Source: the human T2T-CHM13v2.0 reference genome, Homo sapiens. From it: a stretch of DNA of 64,000 bases. The stretch is from the NCBI RefSeq assembly GCF_009914755.1, contig NC_060932.1. One strand, written 5' to 3'. The notes under the pieces are model-generated. The model did not search any database. It had not been told where the DNA came from and worked only from the letters and a program-made list of their open reading frames with translations. This document shows positions 31,268 to 52,000 of this stretch, one piece after another; the stretch's first letter is position 1, and each line of letters begins with the position of its first letter. Made by a program: the position numbers and the translations under genes.

Positions 31268-31992
31268 TTATTGTTAAAATAACAATACAATAATCCACAT
31301 ACATTAGTTCTAGTATGAATTTTCTTAGCATAGAAGGTTTTATAGCAATACTTAATTTCCAAAATTATATAAGACATGTATAACCTTCACTGTGTATCTG
31401 TTTGAGCAAACATGAATAATATCTATGGGACAAATTATAAGCCATCTGAGAAACTTAATATGATTATAAGAAATTTAACATTGGGGTTTTTTTCTGCTGT
31501 AATTTAAGAAGATGACAATAATTTTCATTACAATAAATTAACCTTTAGTTTGGAATGTATACATGTGCCTCCAAAGAAGCTTCTATTTCTAAATACACTT
31601 TTCTTTCTTTCTAAATTCTATTGCTCCCCGAATCAATAAAAATATATAAATAAATTATGTTTTAAAGAAGGAAGAGTGGTAGAATTTGAAGTACCTGAAA
31701 ATTAAAATATAGCCCTGAAGTCAACATTTTTATTTGCAAATTCAGAAAATAAACAATAGACCCTCTGGTATTTGAGAGAAGTTTAATGTATGTGTTCAAA
31801 CAGAACTGCACCTGAAAAAAGTTTTCAGCTTTAAAGTTGGAATGAAGTTCCATCACCCACAAAGTTGTAAAAGGCATTTGCTGTGAACAAATGACCCAGT
31901 TAAGATGGAAAACAGAAAGATTTTCTTTGAACACTAAGGAACACGTTTTAAAAGTAAAGTCTCTCCTTTAAAGTCATTCCAGGATGAAATCA

Positions 31993-32157
<165 letters not shown>

Positions 32158-32325
32158 TTATAGAAAATCCATTTTATAAACACTCAGACATGTGTTACCT
32201 TCACTTCTGTATTTCAAATAATAAAACACATTTAAAACTACGTGCCCATAGATCTCAAAGCCCACAGCCCACTGGTTAGTGTGGAGATCCTAGATTACAG
32301 ATAAGAACACAGAGTATGGAAATTA

Positions 32326-33680
<1,355 letters not shown>

Positions 33681-34108
33681 GTAATCAATAAGTAATAATT
33701 ACTTATTGGATAACACAGTTTTAAAGGTTCTCAGGACTTCCTCTTTCATTCCCCACTCCCCGCAAAGTAGGCAAAACAAGAACTCCAGGAAAAACAATAC
33801 TGAAAAAAAGTCTTAGCCAGAATATTCAGATGCACTTTGTAAAATCCTCAGCTGAGGTGGAATATAGGGGATGTTCAGACCCCAATATGTGCAGAGGTGA
33901 TTGGAGAAAACTGGGGGGAAGAAAACTATCACCATTTCAAGACCTACCTTCAACCTTTCGACTCATGAATTACTCCTAAGTACTCATAAGTTTGCCTGTA
34001 TAAGAGAATTTCAGTTCCACATTGTTTCTAAATACTTCTCTTTTCATTTCCTGTGAGAGTTTATCAGCTAATACATAAAACTTCAAAATAGTCATAAAAT
34101 ACACTTAC

Positions 34109-34169
34109 CCTGCAGGGCATTCTGCGGCCTTTATTTCCTCACAGTCATCATCAACCCAATGCGACTCTC
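34109..34169 (-). CDS. ENPP2: ENPP2 exon 5
   Basis: TTATAG|GA GAG...GCA GG|GTAAGT; [21 protein letters not shown]; 61 nt. Confidence 0.98.
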
Positions 34170-35639
34170 CTATAAGGAAAAATGGGTAAATGTATTGTTG
34201 AATCTAATTACAAATGCCATGCCTTGAAGCTCACAATTCCAGGATCTGTGTCCTGTTTGATACTTTCTTTATGGGATATAACAAAAAAAAAAAAAATTCT
34301 GAAAAAAAAATCTAGTGTCTGGTTTGGCTTATAAAGTACACCCATACATGATGGGAAAGCTAAGATTTAATAACCACAAGTGGTGAGGTGTTTATTTGAG
34401 CCTTCCGAGTCTAAATGGTTTGTAGATTAAAAAAACCAGTGGCGTCAGTGAACAAAATTTCATGTTTGTATCCCTCCAGAAATAAACTGTTTGGTCATTA
34501 GATGGAACATTCTTTTCTCCACCACTGGAGATCTCAAAGCCATAGAAAGCATGGCAAAACTTCCCTTTAGATGCTAAAAAAAAAAAAAAAAGTCTTAGAA
34601 TCTACAGAGATAATAAGTGGAAGATTACAATAGAAAGATTATTTGCCAATAAATCTCCATACAGCCCTTGAATTTAGAAAGAAAAAAATGCTAAATTTCA
34701 CTTTTTATCTTCCACCAAGATCTAAGAGCATAATGTCGAGAATAGAGAACAGAAAAGGCCTCAGATAAAAACATAAGCTTTGCTTTGAAGAAAATACAAG
34801 TTATCAAAAAGAATTTGCCTTAAATTATTTTAAGACAAACAAAAGTTACATATCCTGAACAGAAGTAAAATTTGTAACCAACACATTGGAGAAATTGCTC
34901 CCATGTAAAGAGAACTGGAAATCTTCTCTGGTCAATAAGACTCTAACTACTGGACAATGGGGTAACTATTATGCTCCTTAAAATAAAGAAGATTTGCTAC
35001 ACATATAGTAACCCAGAGCACACACGTGGGCCTCACAAAAGTACTGAAACTAGAATTTTAAACCAGTAAAAGCCAATGCTTAATGATTCAATGATCAATG
35101 ATTCCAAGGGCTTCTTTTTTTAAAAAAAATTTTATTTCTAACAGCCTTTGTGGCTTCCTGGTACACTTACTGCACAGGCAAATTAAAAAGGAAAGGGAAA
35201 TAAATTCTCAACCAATTTTATGCTTCAAAATAAAAGCATAATTATTGGGTAGGGGAAATTAACAATACAATAATTGTTTGGGTATGGGGAAATTCTTCAA
35301 ATATATTAATATAACACCCTCTTGCCACAACTAAACACCTTACATATTGCAGAAGTAACTTGATTTTTTTCCTGAAATCTTTTAATGAACTTCTTCTTAA
35401 ATGTTCCACATCAGAGATAATGAAAAGGACTTGATTTTGAAATTTAAAAAGTGACTTACAAACAATAGATAAAGATTCTTGGATCTTCCCATCAACTTCT
35501 ATAAGTGGGTTGCACGGCAACTTAAACCCATTAAAGAGAATAACTGCATCTTTTATATTTTCTGTAGTCCATTAACTATTGTTAATTGTTGGAATAAAAG
35601 CATCATATTCTACAATCAACCAGACAAAGCCAACACTCA

Positions 35640-36000
35640 TGCATATATGGCTTTGGGGTATAACAGGAAATGCTGGCCCCCTCATCCCCTTTACCAGCAA
35701 GTACCCCCATCCCTGGGCAGTTGCCAATGCCTTGGTGAACAGTGTACATCCAATAGATAAAAAAGCCCTGGTTCCTTGCCTCAAGAGTAGTGACCTGGAT
35801 TTACTTTTCAGAGCAAGCAATAGAGGGAGGCGAGGCTAACTGAGAGCATGTCCTCACTTGTCTCTCCACACTCCTCCTTCCCTATCCTGCTTCCCTTTCC
35901 TCCGACATGGTTTTCCTGCAGTATATCCGTTTCCTCAATAAACTGCATGTACCGAATTCCTGTCTCAGGATCTGCTTCTAGAAAACTTGACCTAAAACCA
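35640..36000 (+). mobile_element. ERVL LTR (LTR16-like) remnant
   Basis: 3' end AATAAAC...CCTGTCTCAGGATCTGCTTCTAGAAAACTTGACCTAAAAC resembles the LTR16 terminus. Confidence 0.6.
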
Positions 36001-36234
36001 AGATAGGAAATTTAGAAATCTCTTCATTATTATGTTTCTGTCTAATTAAGAAATTCTGGTTTCTTCCCTTGTTACTTCAGATCAGTGAAATACAGAGTAG
36101 CAAAACTAATGAAGAAGCATGAGAAATTAAAAAGGACAATTCATTCCTTCCTCCCAAACTCATATCCAGTGTGGTCTATTCCTAGCATCCAGGATCTCCT
36201 GGAGCACCTCCAGTTTTTATTCTTTTAAAGCTCA

Positions 36235-36408
<174 letters not shown>

Positions 36409-36780
36409 TCACTGCTGCACACTAACCAAATGAAAGAAGCCACAATTGCTTACAGGATTTCCAATGAAGAAAGCTAAAATCTCACATCATTTACTCTGCT
36501 TGTGAAATTTGAGTTGGCTTGAGGCCCAGAGGACATTTGGAGAATTTACAGATAAGATGAATTTCTAAGTTTTCAAATCAGAGAACAACATCAAAATGCA
36601 ATTGGGTTCCTTTGGAAAAATGGGGCCCTGAAAGGCAAGCAAGTATCCCTACGATTCTCGAATTGTCCTAAAGGACCCAACAAATTTATGACATCAAAGG
36701 TTTATGATAGGGCTATCTACTGTTGTAGGGACAGCCTCTATAGCTTGGCTCTTTTAATTTCTGAAGTGGGTGTGCTTAGC

Positions 36781-37126
<346 letters not shown>

Positions 37127-37624
37127 TCAAACACAAATAACAGGACAACTACATGGTTTCTATCTGCACCTGGAGGTTAAAGTCCTAAATAGGATGTGAA
37201 GAGTATAAAGGGGGCATTACAATGTTTGCTCAAGATTCTAACCACTGACCCATTGTGGTCCTACCTACAATGACAGGTCAGAGTTCCTACTTTCAAGCCA
37301 AGTAAATGGGTTACAGATTTCCCTCTGAACATACCTGATTGACAGCTCACTGCTTAATTCTTACATTTCAGAAAAACAACCTTTCCATTTTAAAAGGAGT
37401 GCTGTGTTTTTTGACTTTTTCATCTGCTAGAGTGTAAGCGCCATGGCAGGAAAAGTGACACCTCTCTCTTCGCTCTTCTATTTCCAGTGGCAGACTGTAA
37501 GCCTGGGAGACTGCGCCTGGCACATGCTAGGTGTTCAATCAATATGTATTAAATTGAATTGGAAATGACCATGGAGATAAAATATAACTCTTTAAATTCA
37601 GAACTACTCTATTGAGAACTTTCA

Positions 37625-37900
37625 TAGTTAACTCATTTACTCATTGACTCTTATACCATGTTTTCCGTGTTCTCGGTGCCAGGATGTCATAAAGAACAGG
37701 AGAGACTAGGTCTGTCTTCATGGAGCTTACATTCCAATTGGAAAAGACAGATCATAGGCAAGTAAATCAATAAGCAAGATCATTTCAGCTTATGCCAAAT
37801 GTTGTGAAGGAAGTAACAGGTGGCATTGATAGAGAAAGATAGGGTGAAATAGGTGCTACTCCAGGAAGTAGAATGGTCAAGAAAGGTGTCACTGAGCTAA
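37625..37900. mobile_element. L2 3'-end fragment
   Basis: CATTTACTCATT...TGCCAGG...TCATGGAGCTTACATTC. Confidence 0.6.
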
Positions 37901-38047
37901 AATACATATGAACACTTCAGGTCTTTATCTCTTAAAATATGTGATAAGTGGAAAGAAATGATTTTTAAAGCAATCCTGCCTCTTAGTAATATTCTACCAA
38001 GAGAAACAACTATTGTTAGGTGAATACATTAATAAAGAGATATTACG

Positions 38048-38342
<295 letters not shown>

Positions 38343-38478
38343 GAGAGAGAGATATTAGTTGTTTGGCATAACTGCTACCCCTGCCCCTTTTGGTAAATCA
38401 TTAGCCAGAAAACCATGCAATTACTATTTAATTTTTATTCTTTTAGAATTACCTTTGCATCCTGATTCTGCTGTCTGA

Positions 38479-38793
<315 letters not shown>

Positions 38794-39339
38794 TAATTTT
38801 TTAATATCCCGTTTCCATTCCTATCTCTTCTCGAGGAGATTAAGTGCTTAGAATTGCTTTTCCCATGACCTGCTCTTCCCAATGATGAGCAATCTTCTAA
38901 GGTTGCTTTGACTCTAGATATTGTGGGGTTTTTTCAATTCAAGGTGATTCTATCCACCAATAAACTTTTATTCCACTCCTAATTCCATAAGAAAATCACA
39001 TCTACATTACTTACAAAAGAATATCATTATTAATAAGCTATGTTTATTGAGGAACTATTGTCTTTATGTACAAATGAAATATAAAATAAATCCAGAGTTT
39101 AAAGTGAACTATACACAAAGGACAAGTCAGTCATCTGTGTAATTTTCAAAGCAAACATGGGAATAAACATAAAAAATATTTAACCTTATTGGAAAATAAG
39201 GAGGAGGTCACCTACCAGATTATTTTAAAAATATTTTTAAAAATAAGAGTATTCAATGCTGAAAAGGAAGTGATGAAAGGTCCTTGTGTCCTTTAGTAGA
39301 AACATAAACTTTCAGAAGTATAATTTAGTAATGTATATT

Positions 39340-39700
39340 TAAATTTAAAAAAAATGCACATATACTTTGACCCCAAAATCCCACTTCCAAAAATTTATCT
39401 TAAGGAGAATAGGCAAAAGTATGAATATGCATCAATTATATTCATTGATACATCATTCATAATAGTAAAACTCAGGGAAATATTCATTTAATTACTCAAT
39501 GAATTAGGTTGCAACAGTTCAATGGAATATTACATAGCCATTCAAAAGGACGATTTGTATAAAGATTTATTAATACAGATACTTTCGCACACATGCATAT
39601 ATATACACACAGTTGGAAGAGTATACATGCACACATAGATACATACTGAAAACACACACACACAGAGTTATCAAAGTTTCGCTGAAACATTGTGGTTGTT
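39340..39700 (+). mobile_element. Degraded L1ME-like 3' fragment
   Basis: ATACTTTGACCCCAAAATCCCACTTCC...AATGGAATATTAC. Confidence 0.55.
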
Positions 39701-40939
39701 TCTCGGCAGTGCTCCCTCAACAAAGGAGAATCTCAGAGCCTTTTGTTTTTCTATTCATCCTTTTATTATTATTTGATATTTGATTCCTTCACATTCAGGA
39801 TATGTTATCTTTGTACACAGGGAAATGGACTATAAGATATTATATCCCATCCTTAATAAATTGAGGAACAAAGGCATGAACTACATTCAAAAGAGAGCTA
39901 AGCTAGAGTCAGGGATTCATTACATTTTGCAAAGAATTCTAAGACCAGGAATCCAGAAGTTTGATATGACATGCCACAGACAAGATATTCAAGGTAAGGA
40001 GGAAACATAAAACATTAGTAAATTCCTCAGTGCCAAGCAAACACAGATTGCTGGCTTGAAATAATGTTTTAGAGCCAAAAAAACTCTGCTGGAACATCTG
40101 TTCCATCTATACATTCAGTTTACAATAGTCTCAGCAATTTAGTTTGCAGATCCACAATTAAAAGAAACTGGGAGAAGTTCCAAAGGAAAGCAACCCCCAA
40201 AAAAGTGGTTAAATGGTTGGAAAATGTGTTCTGCAAAAAACAGCCTAATGAAGCTGTTCTTATTGCAGGGACGCAGGAGGAAAACAAATCAGAACTAGTA
40301 AGGAAGTTTATGTTGGATTTCATATAAATCAAGAGCTACCACTTAGGCAAAACACAGTAATAACTGTTTCTAATGATAAAATTTGAAAGATCAAACTAAT
40401 AGCAATGATAGTAAGAGTTAGGTCTTTGAAAGAATTGTCTAAGCATAAAAGTCCAAAAACAAGAAATAACCTGCCAAGGAAACCATGGAAACTGCTTCTG
40501 GTGATGTCAAGAACAGCATTGACGGTTGTCTTTCTCAGATAGTTTGTGTATGGTGTTGTCCAGAAGCATGGTGGATAGCTTACAAGATATCTCAAAAATC
40601 CTATCTGAAATATTGTGCTTTGAAAACAGAGTAGGTGGGATGGCAGAAGTCCCCAGAGGTGTTTTTCTCAACTCATGTGCATTCATACAGAAGCCTGTAC
40701 ATCCTAGTAACTGTTCCAGCACAAAAGAAATGTAAAGAAAGTCACAAAAAGTGTGGAGGAAGATTTTAGAGCTACCCAGAGCGTGAGACTCCAAACAGAA
40801 TTCCATAACAATTTTCCATTTGCAGACGGCAGGGAATGACAGGCACACTAACAGTTACTGTACGATAAGATGAAGTGAAACAAATGCTAGAAGCTGGGAA
40901 AGCAAGAAAAAAAATTTTTTTAAAGAATGTACACAATTA

Positions 40940-41081
40940 GGCCAGGCACAGTGGCTCACTCCTATAATCCTAGCACTTTGGGAGGCTGAGGCGGGAAGAT
41001 GGCTTGAAGCCAGGAGTTCAAGACCAACCTGACCAACACAGTGAGATGCTATCTCTTAATAAATAAATAAGTAATAAAAAA
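40940..41081 (+). mobile_element. Alu monomer (FLAM-like)
   Basis: Left-arm sequence only with A-rich tail; TSD AAGAA..TACACAATT. Confidence 0.85.
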
Positions 41082-41423
41082 GAACATACACAATTTTAGC
41101 CCACAAGCCCTAGCAGTGAATGTGGGAATTGACAGAAAGATATAGAAAGGATGAAGGTGAAGAAACAAAAACAAAAACAAAAAACATTTGCAAAACCAGC
41201 ACATCATGACTGCAGCTGCAAAGAACCTTTCTCTGCTGGAACCTATGTGGAAACAATGGTCATTGACATAGGGTATGCTCTTCAAAGAACCAATAATCAT
41301 TCAACAAACAAAACTAGAATCCACAGTTTGGATAGACCAAAGCAGGGTGGCCACTCCAGGATGCATACAATAGCAGGCAGTCTTTAAGCCATCTACTTGA
41401 AGGTAGAGAGGACTCATAAGTTA

Positions 41424-41630
<207 letters not shown>

Positions 41631-42179
41631 TCACCATGGAAAGGTGGCACTGGGAAGCTGTGCGGTGTGATGCTGCAGTGGACTCTGGAGGAGAACACTG
41701 GCTCCATTACTTACTACCCATGTACTCTGGGCAGGTTGCCCAACTTCCTTGTTCTACGATTTCCTCATCTGTAAAGTGGGGGACTCATAAAAGTAACTCT
41801 ATGTTGAAAAGAGAATTAAATGAATCAATCCATGTAAAACGCTTAGCCGCATGTCAGACATATAGAAAGAGTAACAAGTGTTGGTGATTTGTTCAATTAC
41901 TATTTATAATTATTATTACTGCAAATCTGTGATGATTAGTGCCCCTGTGGGTGCTAACGATGACCACAGAGAACAGTACCTTGATCTATATCCTTAGAAA
42001 CAAGAGAGCATGTCCCTATTTAAAAATCCAAAACTTTTTACAAGGAAAATTCAGCTCAAATGTTCCAAGAACAGAACGAATATATGAGATTGGAATAGAA
42101 GACTTTTACAGTTTCAGCTAGTGTTTTACAAATACAAGCTCTATAATCTGGGCTTCTCAAAAAACTCCTCCATCAATAT

Positions 42180-43560
<1,381 letters not shown>

Positions 43561-43904
43561 TAAAAATAGAGATAAACAGGGCAATAAGGATAGAAATGAA
43601 GATAGAAATAAAAACAGAGCCAAAACTAGAGACGAGTGAGAGACAGGGTAGGGCAGAAGGAGGGAGAAAATGTCCAAGTTTGCATCACATTTTTAAAATG
43701 CAGGTGTGAACAAACTTTTTCCTTCTGTAAGAAACAGGTTATGGAATTACATTTAGGGAAAATGAGAAAGAAAGAGGAAGAAGATTTTTACCTTCCTGAT
43801 GTTTGAAATTTCTAACATTCTACAAATTCACAGGTAGTTGCCTGGTCTTTTTGTTTGCTTACTTACTTTCTCTTTCCTTCTCTCTCATTATATATAAATA
43901 CCAT

Positions 43905-44156
43905 ACAATATATGTGCGTGTGGGTATGTATATTTATGTACAAAATATATACTGTATAATATATGTCTGTGTGGGTATGTATACATATGCACAAAATATA
44001 TGTCATATATGTATGTGTGGGTATGTGTATATGTACAAAATATATACCGTATAATAGATGTGTGTGTGGGTATGTATATATATGTACAAAATATATACCA
44101 TATAATATATGTGTGTGTGGGTATGTGTATATATGTATAAAATATACCATATATGT
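43905..44156. repeat. Minisatellite, ~5 copies of a 46-51 bp unit
   Basis: GTGGGTATG recurs at ~43920, 43971, 44017, 44066 and 44117, each followed by ...AAAATATA. Confidence 0.9.
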
Positions 44157-44871
44157 AAATATCCTAACAAATATTATTGACATGCGATTTATAATTTTAT
44201 TTTCTTATTTACATGCTTATGAATTTTTCATTTTTTATAATTCATGTCTTACTTTTAAAATCAAGAAAAAGCAAGAAGCAGGAGAAGAACAGATGTTAAA
44301 TGTCACTTCTAGGTTCACCCAAGCCATTTATCTGAACATTCTGCTCATCCCTTAGTCCTTTGTCCTCGTTAAAGTCTTAAAGTCAGAGTCATCCAATCCC
44401 AGCCTTTATGGCATCAGATCAGTTCAACTAAAGCAAACAGATTTACCAGATCATGAGATGTGAAACACTTTTGCATGGTTGCTCCTAGGATTTTGAAAGA
44501 CATACAAACCGTACGAGTTCAGTTTAGAAAATAATATTCATTTCCAATGCAGTGGTCCATAAAGCACATTTTTCTATTGTCTTTGACCAACCTATCAACA
44601 GTGCATGCTGAACCATAAGAAACCATGGAGGCAGGAGGGGTTGAGAAGTAAAACAAAAAAAAAATTACAAAACAGAAAAAAATAGAGAAAGTCCTACAGT
44701 AAAAATAAATATAAGGAAAGTACTTACAATTGAATATTCCTTAAGGATACTGCTTAGATAGACTCATTTCAACAGCGTTCTAGTAAATTTTCAGTAGAAT
44801 TCATTCCCACGAGCTGCTTAAATAAATAAGCTTAGCTATGCTGATAGCTGAGATACTTCAAAGAGATCTAA

Positions 44872-45269
<398 letters not shown>

Positions 45270-45746
45270 TATTTCTTTCTTTACTTTCAGAGTATCTGTG
45301 TGAATTTTTAGCCACATTTAATCTTTCTTCACTCATTCACCTGATTTTTACTATTTTCTTACAACATTAATCATTCTCTAAATTTGTCCTTTGCTTTGTT
45401 TTTGGAAAATAATTGAATCTCACTTAATAGTCGGTCCCTATCAGTTACAGTTCTTGCCAAACCTAAAGACAAGCAAAACTAAAGACAACTTTGTTAGAGT
45501 TAGCCTTACACTCATAATGCCAAGATGTATCTCAAAAGAAGTACTGTACTTAAGATCAAGTTATTGACAGCTTCAAATTAGGGTATACTCCTGGGGCTGG
45601 GTGGATTAGGATATACCTATGTCAAAATTCATTCTCGGATGATTTGAATTCAGCTGAGAATGACAGGAAAGAAAAAGGGAAGGTAGTTTGAGCCATATAG
45701 AACCTCTTATAAACCAATAACCCAAATAAATTTGAGCTGCTATCTC

Positions 45747-46373
<627 letters not shown>

Positions 46374-47646
46374 CTATCTCTTTTAAATAAAATACAGTGA
46401 GTGTATGATGACACTCAGTAATGCCACACACTCCTGTGTGCAATGGAAAAGACCATCTTGATGAGTGTACAAAAAAAATAAACAAAATGATTAAATTAAC
46501 AAATAAATAAAATAGAACAATAGAGTGGAATATTCACTCTGCCTTTCCAGGGTCTATTCCGTCCCAGCCATCTTCTTTCATGACAAGCTCTAGTCCCAAC
46601 TGTTTTCCTAGGAGTTCTGCAATCCACCTTCATATTCTTTTTTTAATCATTTTTTATGGATGAATAATAGAGGTACATAGTTTTGGGGTGATAATACATT
46701 CATGTAGTTGATAAAAATCAAGTCAGTATACTTGGAGTCTTCACGTTCCCTGTCCTTCTCCCTACACCCAGCCTAAGATGTTTAAAATCAAGAAAAATCA
46801 AGAAGCAGAAGGAGAACGATGTTAAATGTCATTTCCAGGCTCGCCCAAGCCATTTATCTGAACATTCTGCTCATCCCTCAGTCCTTTGTTCCTGCATGCA
46901 TTTGAAGTTTTTAGGACTTCTCTCTTTATTGTACCTGACGTAATGTCAAATAGGGAAAGATTATCCGATTTGTTAGAAGTCTGAGTTTTAAAATCTGTTG
47001 TCTTCCTTTACTTGACCTAAATCAAGAGAACATTGATGTAAGCACTTCAGACGTGTAACTTATTGAGAGGCGGGATGAAAACTGAAACATCAACAAACTT
47101 GTGGTATCCCAAATTTTTCATCATTACTGAGATGGCCGTAACAGCGCAGAAAACAACTAAAACAAACAAAAAGTACTCTCCAAATGTATCAAGGCAGAAA
47201 TATGTGATAAGTATGATGGAGGCTTGAAATTTCTTATGAGGCATTTGCTAATACCTTTATGAGATTCAAATTCTATTGCCGCCTTTTAAAATACATATTC
47301 AAATGATGTTATTTTACTTCAAAGATGCAAGTCAGTTCCAGAATCTTGAAAAACAAATGTTCATAGCTTTATATAGTGTTCTTTTAAAAAATAGAAACCT
47401 CAAATTTTAAAATACACATAGGTACATATATGACATGTATAACAACAATGCAATGCATTTCTTATTTTTCACAGAAGCATAATTTCATGATTTAAAGAAA
47501 CACCAATGTAAAACATACGTTATTTCATTCAAATTCATAATTCTGACAGAAACAGGTACAATTACTTTTACTTAAGTCAACTTTATGTCTAAAATATTCC
47601 ATCTTACAATATGTATAGAGAGGTAGGGTTGTAGAATTCTAGTGCC

Positions 47647-47934
47647 GGCCGGGCACGGTGGCTCACGCCTGTAATCCCAAGACTTTGGGAGGCCAAGGTG
47701 GGCCGATCACCTGAGGTTGGGAGTTCAAGACCAGCCTGACAAACATGGAGAAAACCCATCTTTACTAAAAATACAAAATTAGCCAGGCATGGGGGTGCAC
47801 ACCTGTAATCTCAGCTAGGGCTGAGGCAAGAGAATTGCTTGAGGTGGAGGTTGCAGTGAGCCGAGATCATGCCATTGCACTCCAGCCTGGGCAACAAGAG
47901 CGAAACTCCATCTCAAAAAACAACAACAACAAAA
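47647..47934 (+). mobile_element. AluSp-like with small internal deletions
   Basis: TSD AGAATTCTAGTGCC. Confidence 0.93.
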
Positions 47935-48719
47935 GAATTCTAGTGCCATCTGTTCCATAAGATACAACAAAACTATTGATGATTTAAATTTTTGGAAGGA
48001 GCCTAACCGATGACAAAAGCTATGGCCAAAACATTACTTGATCTAAGGCTCCCAATCATATTTCCCTCTAAATGTCCCCCGTAAAGATGCAAATACTCAA
48101 ATCTGGATGATGGCCAATAGAAGAGGCAGTATTTAAGTTTGGAAACATTTAGCTTAGCCTAAAGGGGGAAGGTTCTTCTAAGCTTTGTCTGCTCCTGTTT
48201 ATGATACTGCTCTCTATCTGTTCCTCCCATTCTCCTTGGTTCTTAGCCCAGGTGTTTCCTGAAAGTGAGAGCAAAACCTTAAAATGTGTTACCAGCTGTG
48301 GTTATACCAGCTCCTTTTCTCAAGAGCGTTAAAACAGGACAAGTTCCCTTATGTCTGCTGCCCTGTTTGAAGCATAACCCACAGGGCAAGGCAGAGGACA
48401 GTGTGCGTGGCATTCAAGATGCTGCCCAGCTCTAGAGTTAATACTGTATTATGCCTCTTCTGGAGTATATGGTTCGTTCTTTCTGGTCATACTTTTTTCG
48501 TATTGAATTTGCCATTTTTTATTGATGCTTCTGACCTCATTTTTTAGTAAATAGAACTTACACACAGGTCTACATGTCAGTATCTTTGCTTCCTAAATAC
48601 ATAACTTTTTATAAATATCCATTACTGCAACATCACTGTTCTCTCCTCTTCACAGCTGCTAGGCCAGATTTCATAAACTTTTTTTTTTTTAATAAAGAGG
48701 TCCACCTGGGAAGTTTTTA

Positions 48720-49097
<378 letters not shown>

Positions 49098-52000
49098 TCA
49101 TATAGAGCTCACAAACTAGAAGGAAAAAAAAAGATTTCTACGTAATTGAAGTTAAAAGTTAAAAACTTTACTTCAACATCTAAACCACTTAAATAGAATT
49201 TAATGGCCATCAGTAGCATAAATCTGAATGATTTGCACATCTGCTACCAAACAATAAAATGTTGTCATTTAAAATTAAAGGTATTGTTAACTCAATAAGG
49301 TATAAGTTTAAACACTGGCCTTCAAACCTAATTGAAGATTAATTAAATGAATTATCATATACTTAACACCTTATAGTTCTCATCAGCCTTAAAGGCATTT
49401 TCAAAAACTTTTTCAGATAAATAAAAGCGACTTTATCCCCATTTTCCTGGTTGGAAAATTAGATCTCTAGGCCTTGTATGAGTTAGCCAAGGCCTGGATA
49501 AAATTTTAGATCATCTCACTGTAACTACAGTATTTTTTTCATTAATGAAAGGTTTTTCAAACTTTTGTACATAGTTTTCAAATTTTAGAAGTTCTTTTCA
49601 AAATATAATTTTGGGGAAGATTTGCTGATTTTATTGATTCAAAAATCTAGGCTGAAGTTCATGGAAGACTGAGATTTCTGAGTATGTAAACTAGATAGAG
49701 GAGTCTCTACAGTTTTCAGATAGATGAAAAATCACTACACTACAGCCCCATTTAACAAAGAACTGAAAAATCTGTACCCTCCTTAGCTTCCAGTTCAGAT
49801 AATTTCATTCCATTGACTCAAACTCCCCAATTTCTACCTGAAATTTCACATAAAGCCCCATGACAGGATAATCCTAATGACCGAGTTTTGCTCACAGAGC
49901 AAATGGCTGATCTACGTCCCCTTTACAGTTTCCTGCATTCTCCCATGCCAACATTTAAATAGCTTTTCATTGCAGAGCAAAATTTCTAAAATTATCAAAT
50001 GAACATAAACCTTCTCACTTCTAGTTCCATTTTCTGATTTCCCTATGATTCTCAAAGAAAAGCTTTATCCATAAAGTTGTTAGTGACAGTCTACATTTCA
50101 TATGAACCTATGAATTTCATTCACATACTTTTCAACTTTCCTTTCAAGCCACTAAAAACAATGATGAATTAAACTGAGCTTTTAAGTCTCTGTTAGCCAG
50201 CTATTCACAAGCTCACAAATTTCCTTTTGTCTTTTAAGAATTAAATTACTTACATATCAAAGAGGATATTCTATTTCCACCTGGAGACAGTTTCTAAATC
50301 ACAAGTTTCAATAAAATAGACTCCTGCATAACACCACAAACATACACACTGCAAGTGCACATGAGTGCACAGACACCTGTAGACATATAAAGTCTCTTGC
50401 AGTCTTAAAGGCAAATCAAGTGGGCCACATCAGACATATGAGAAAAAGATGTCAAACTAAATCACAGTTATGGCTTATATTTTCTTAGAAAATTTATTCC
50501 ACCCATCTCACCGTCTCATTAACCTGAATGCCCATTGTATTTAGCCAACAGAATTATAAGTAGCTTTTCTCATTTCATATCTCCTAATAAATCTATAAAT
50601 CTTTTATGACCTGGTATAAAAAATCCTGTTCAGCCATTATTTCCTACGCTAACAATAAATCCAGGTAACAAGTGTGTTAGTTAATTAATTATGACAGTCT
50701 GTTTGCACTGCCACAACCTTGAAACTAACACCCCAGTCCATAGTACAGCAGCGAGGGCATCCATGTGTACAGAACATTCTCAGCTATTGTTGAGGACTCT
50801 GAGAAGCTATGGTTACTAAACAACTGCATGCTTTTGAATGGTGGATCTCACTCTGATCAATCCGAAGCTAGCCATATATCAATACCCTTTGTGTTCCTTC
50901 TATTTGTTGCACCCTTGGAGCACTGAGCTTCCCAGGATTTCTTTGGCGCCTAAAAATGTTGTTGGAAATAGGCATGGCTGCCTCCTCCCAACCTAGTGTC
51001 TTATTCTTACAGGCTTATAAAATTCACCCAGTATTTTCTGATGGGAAGGCTTTTCTAATGGTCAGAATAACCAGTCACATGTGTCAATCGAGAGAGATCC
51101 TTTCTAAGCATATGCAGCATTTAAACGCATAAAGATATTTCCACTGTCTACAGGATGCTTTTACCTAGTTTACTAAGTACATCCTTGATTTTTATTCAGG
51201 AGAAATCAACCACAGTTCCTAAAAAGCACATAAGCTACATCAAAAGAAAAATTATTCAGGCATATCCAAACCATAAAATTCAGAGTTAGGTTGCATTGTA
51301 TTCTAAGACTAAGCTTCACGTGGTTAGAAGTTTAATAAATTATTTTAGATGATATCATAAAGGCCTAAAATAACCAACGACTTAATTAAATAATTCAAGG
51401 AGCAAATTCGTGTAGCCCACTTAAGACCATTTAGGTTTATAAATTATAATATAGACCATACTACTTTTCTAGAAGTGGCATTTATTCATTAGTTCATATA
51501 GCTATTCTTATAACATGGAAATAATTTACTATACACAAAATATTTTCAAAGACTAATAAATCCAATCTATACTTTTCAAGTTTTCCAGTAGTGAGCACAG
51601 AAATTCAAGAGGCAATGAAACAGAATAATTCCTGGGATTTTTTTTTTTTTAATCCAGAAAGAAAAGTAGAAATCATCTAAGTCTGCTCCTCATTGTACAG
51701 CTAAGGAAACAGACTTCACAAGTGACTTGCCCAACACCACACAGCAAGTTACAGGACTCCAGGGTACCAGCCTAGGATTTTAATGACTGTTTTCCAAAAG
51801 AAGTCACCTTTAAAAATAATGAGTGACTCAATTTTACATTCATTAAGGAAACAGCATTTAATTCTTTCAATCTCAGTTTTAGCCAGAGTAATATATTAAG
51901 AGGAAACAGAAAAAAAAAGTTCCCTTTAGTGTTCATTGAAAAGAACCAGCAGTTGGCTCTCAAGTTGCTAGCTTTCCCACATGACCATGCTAAGGATCTG

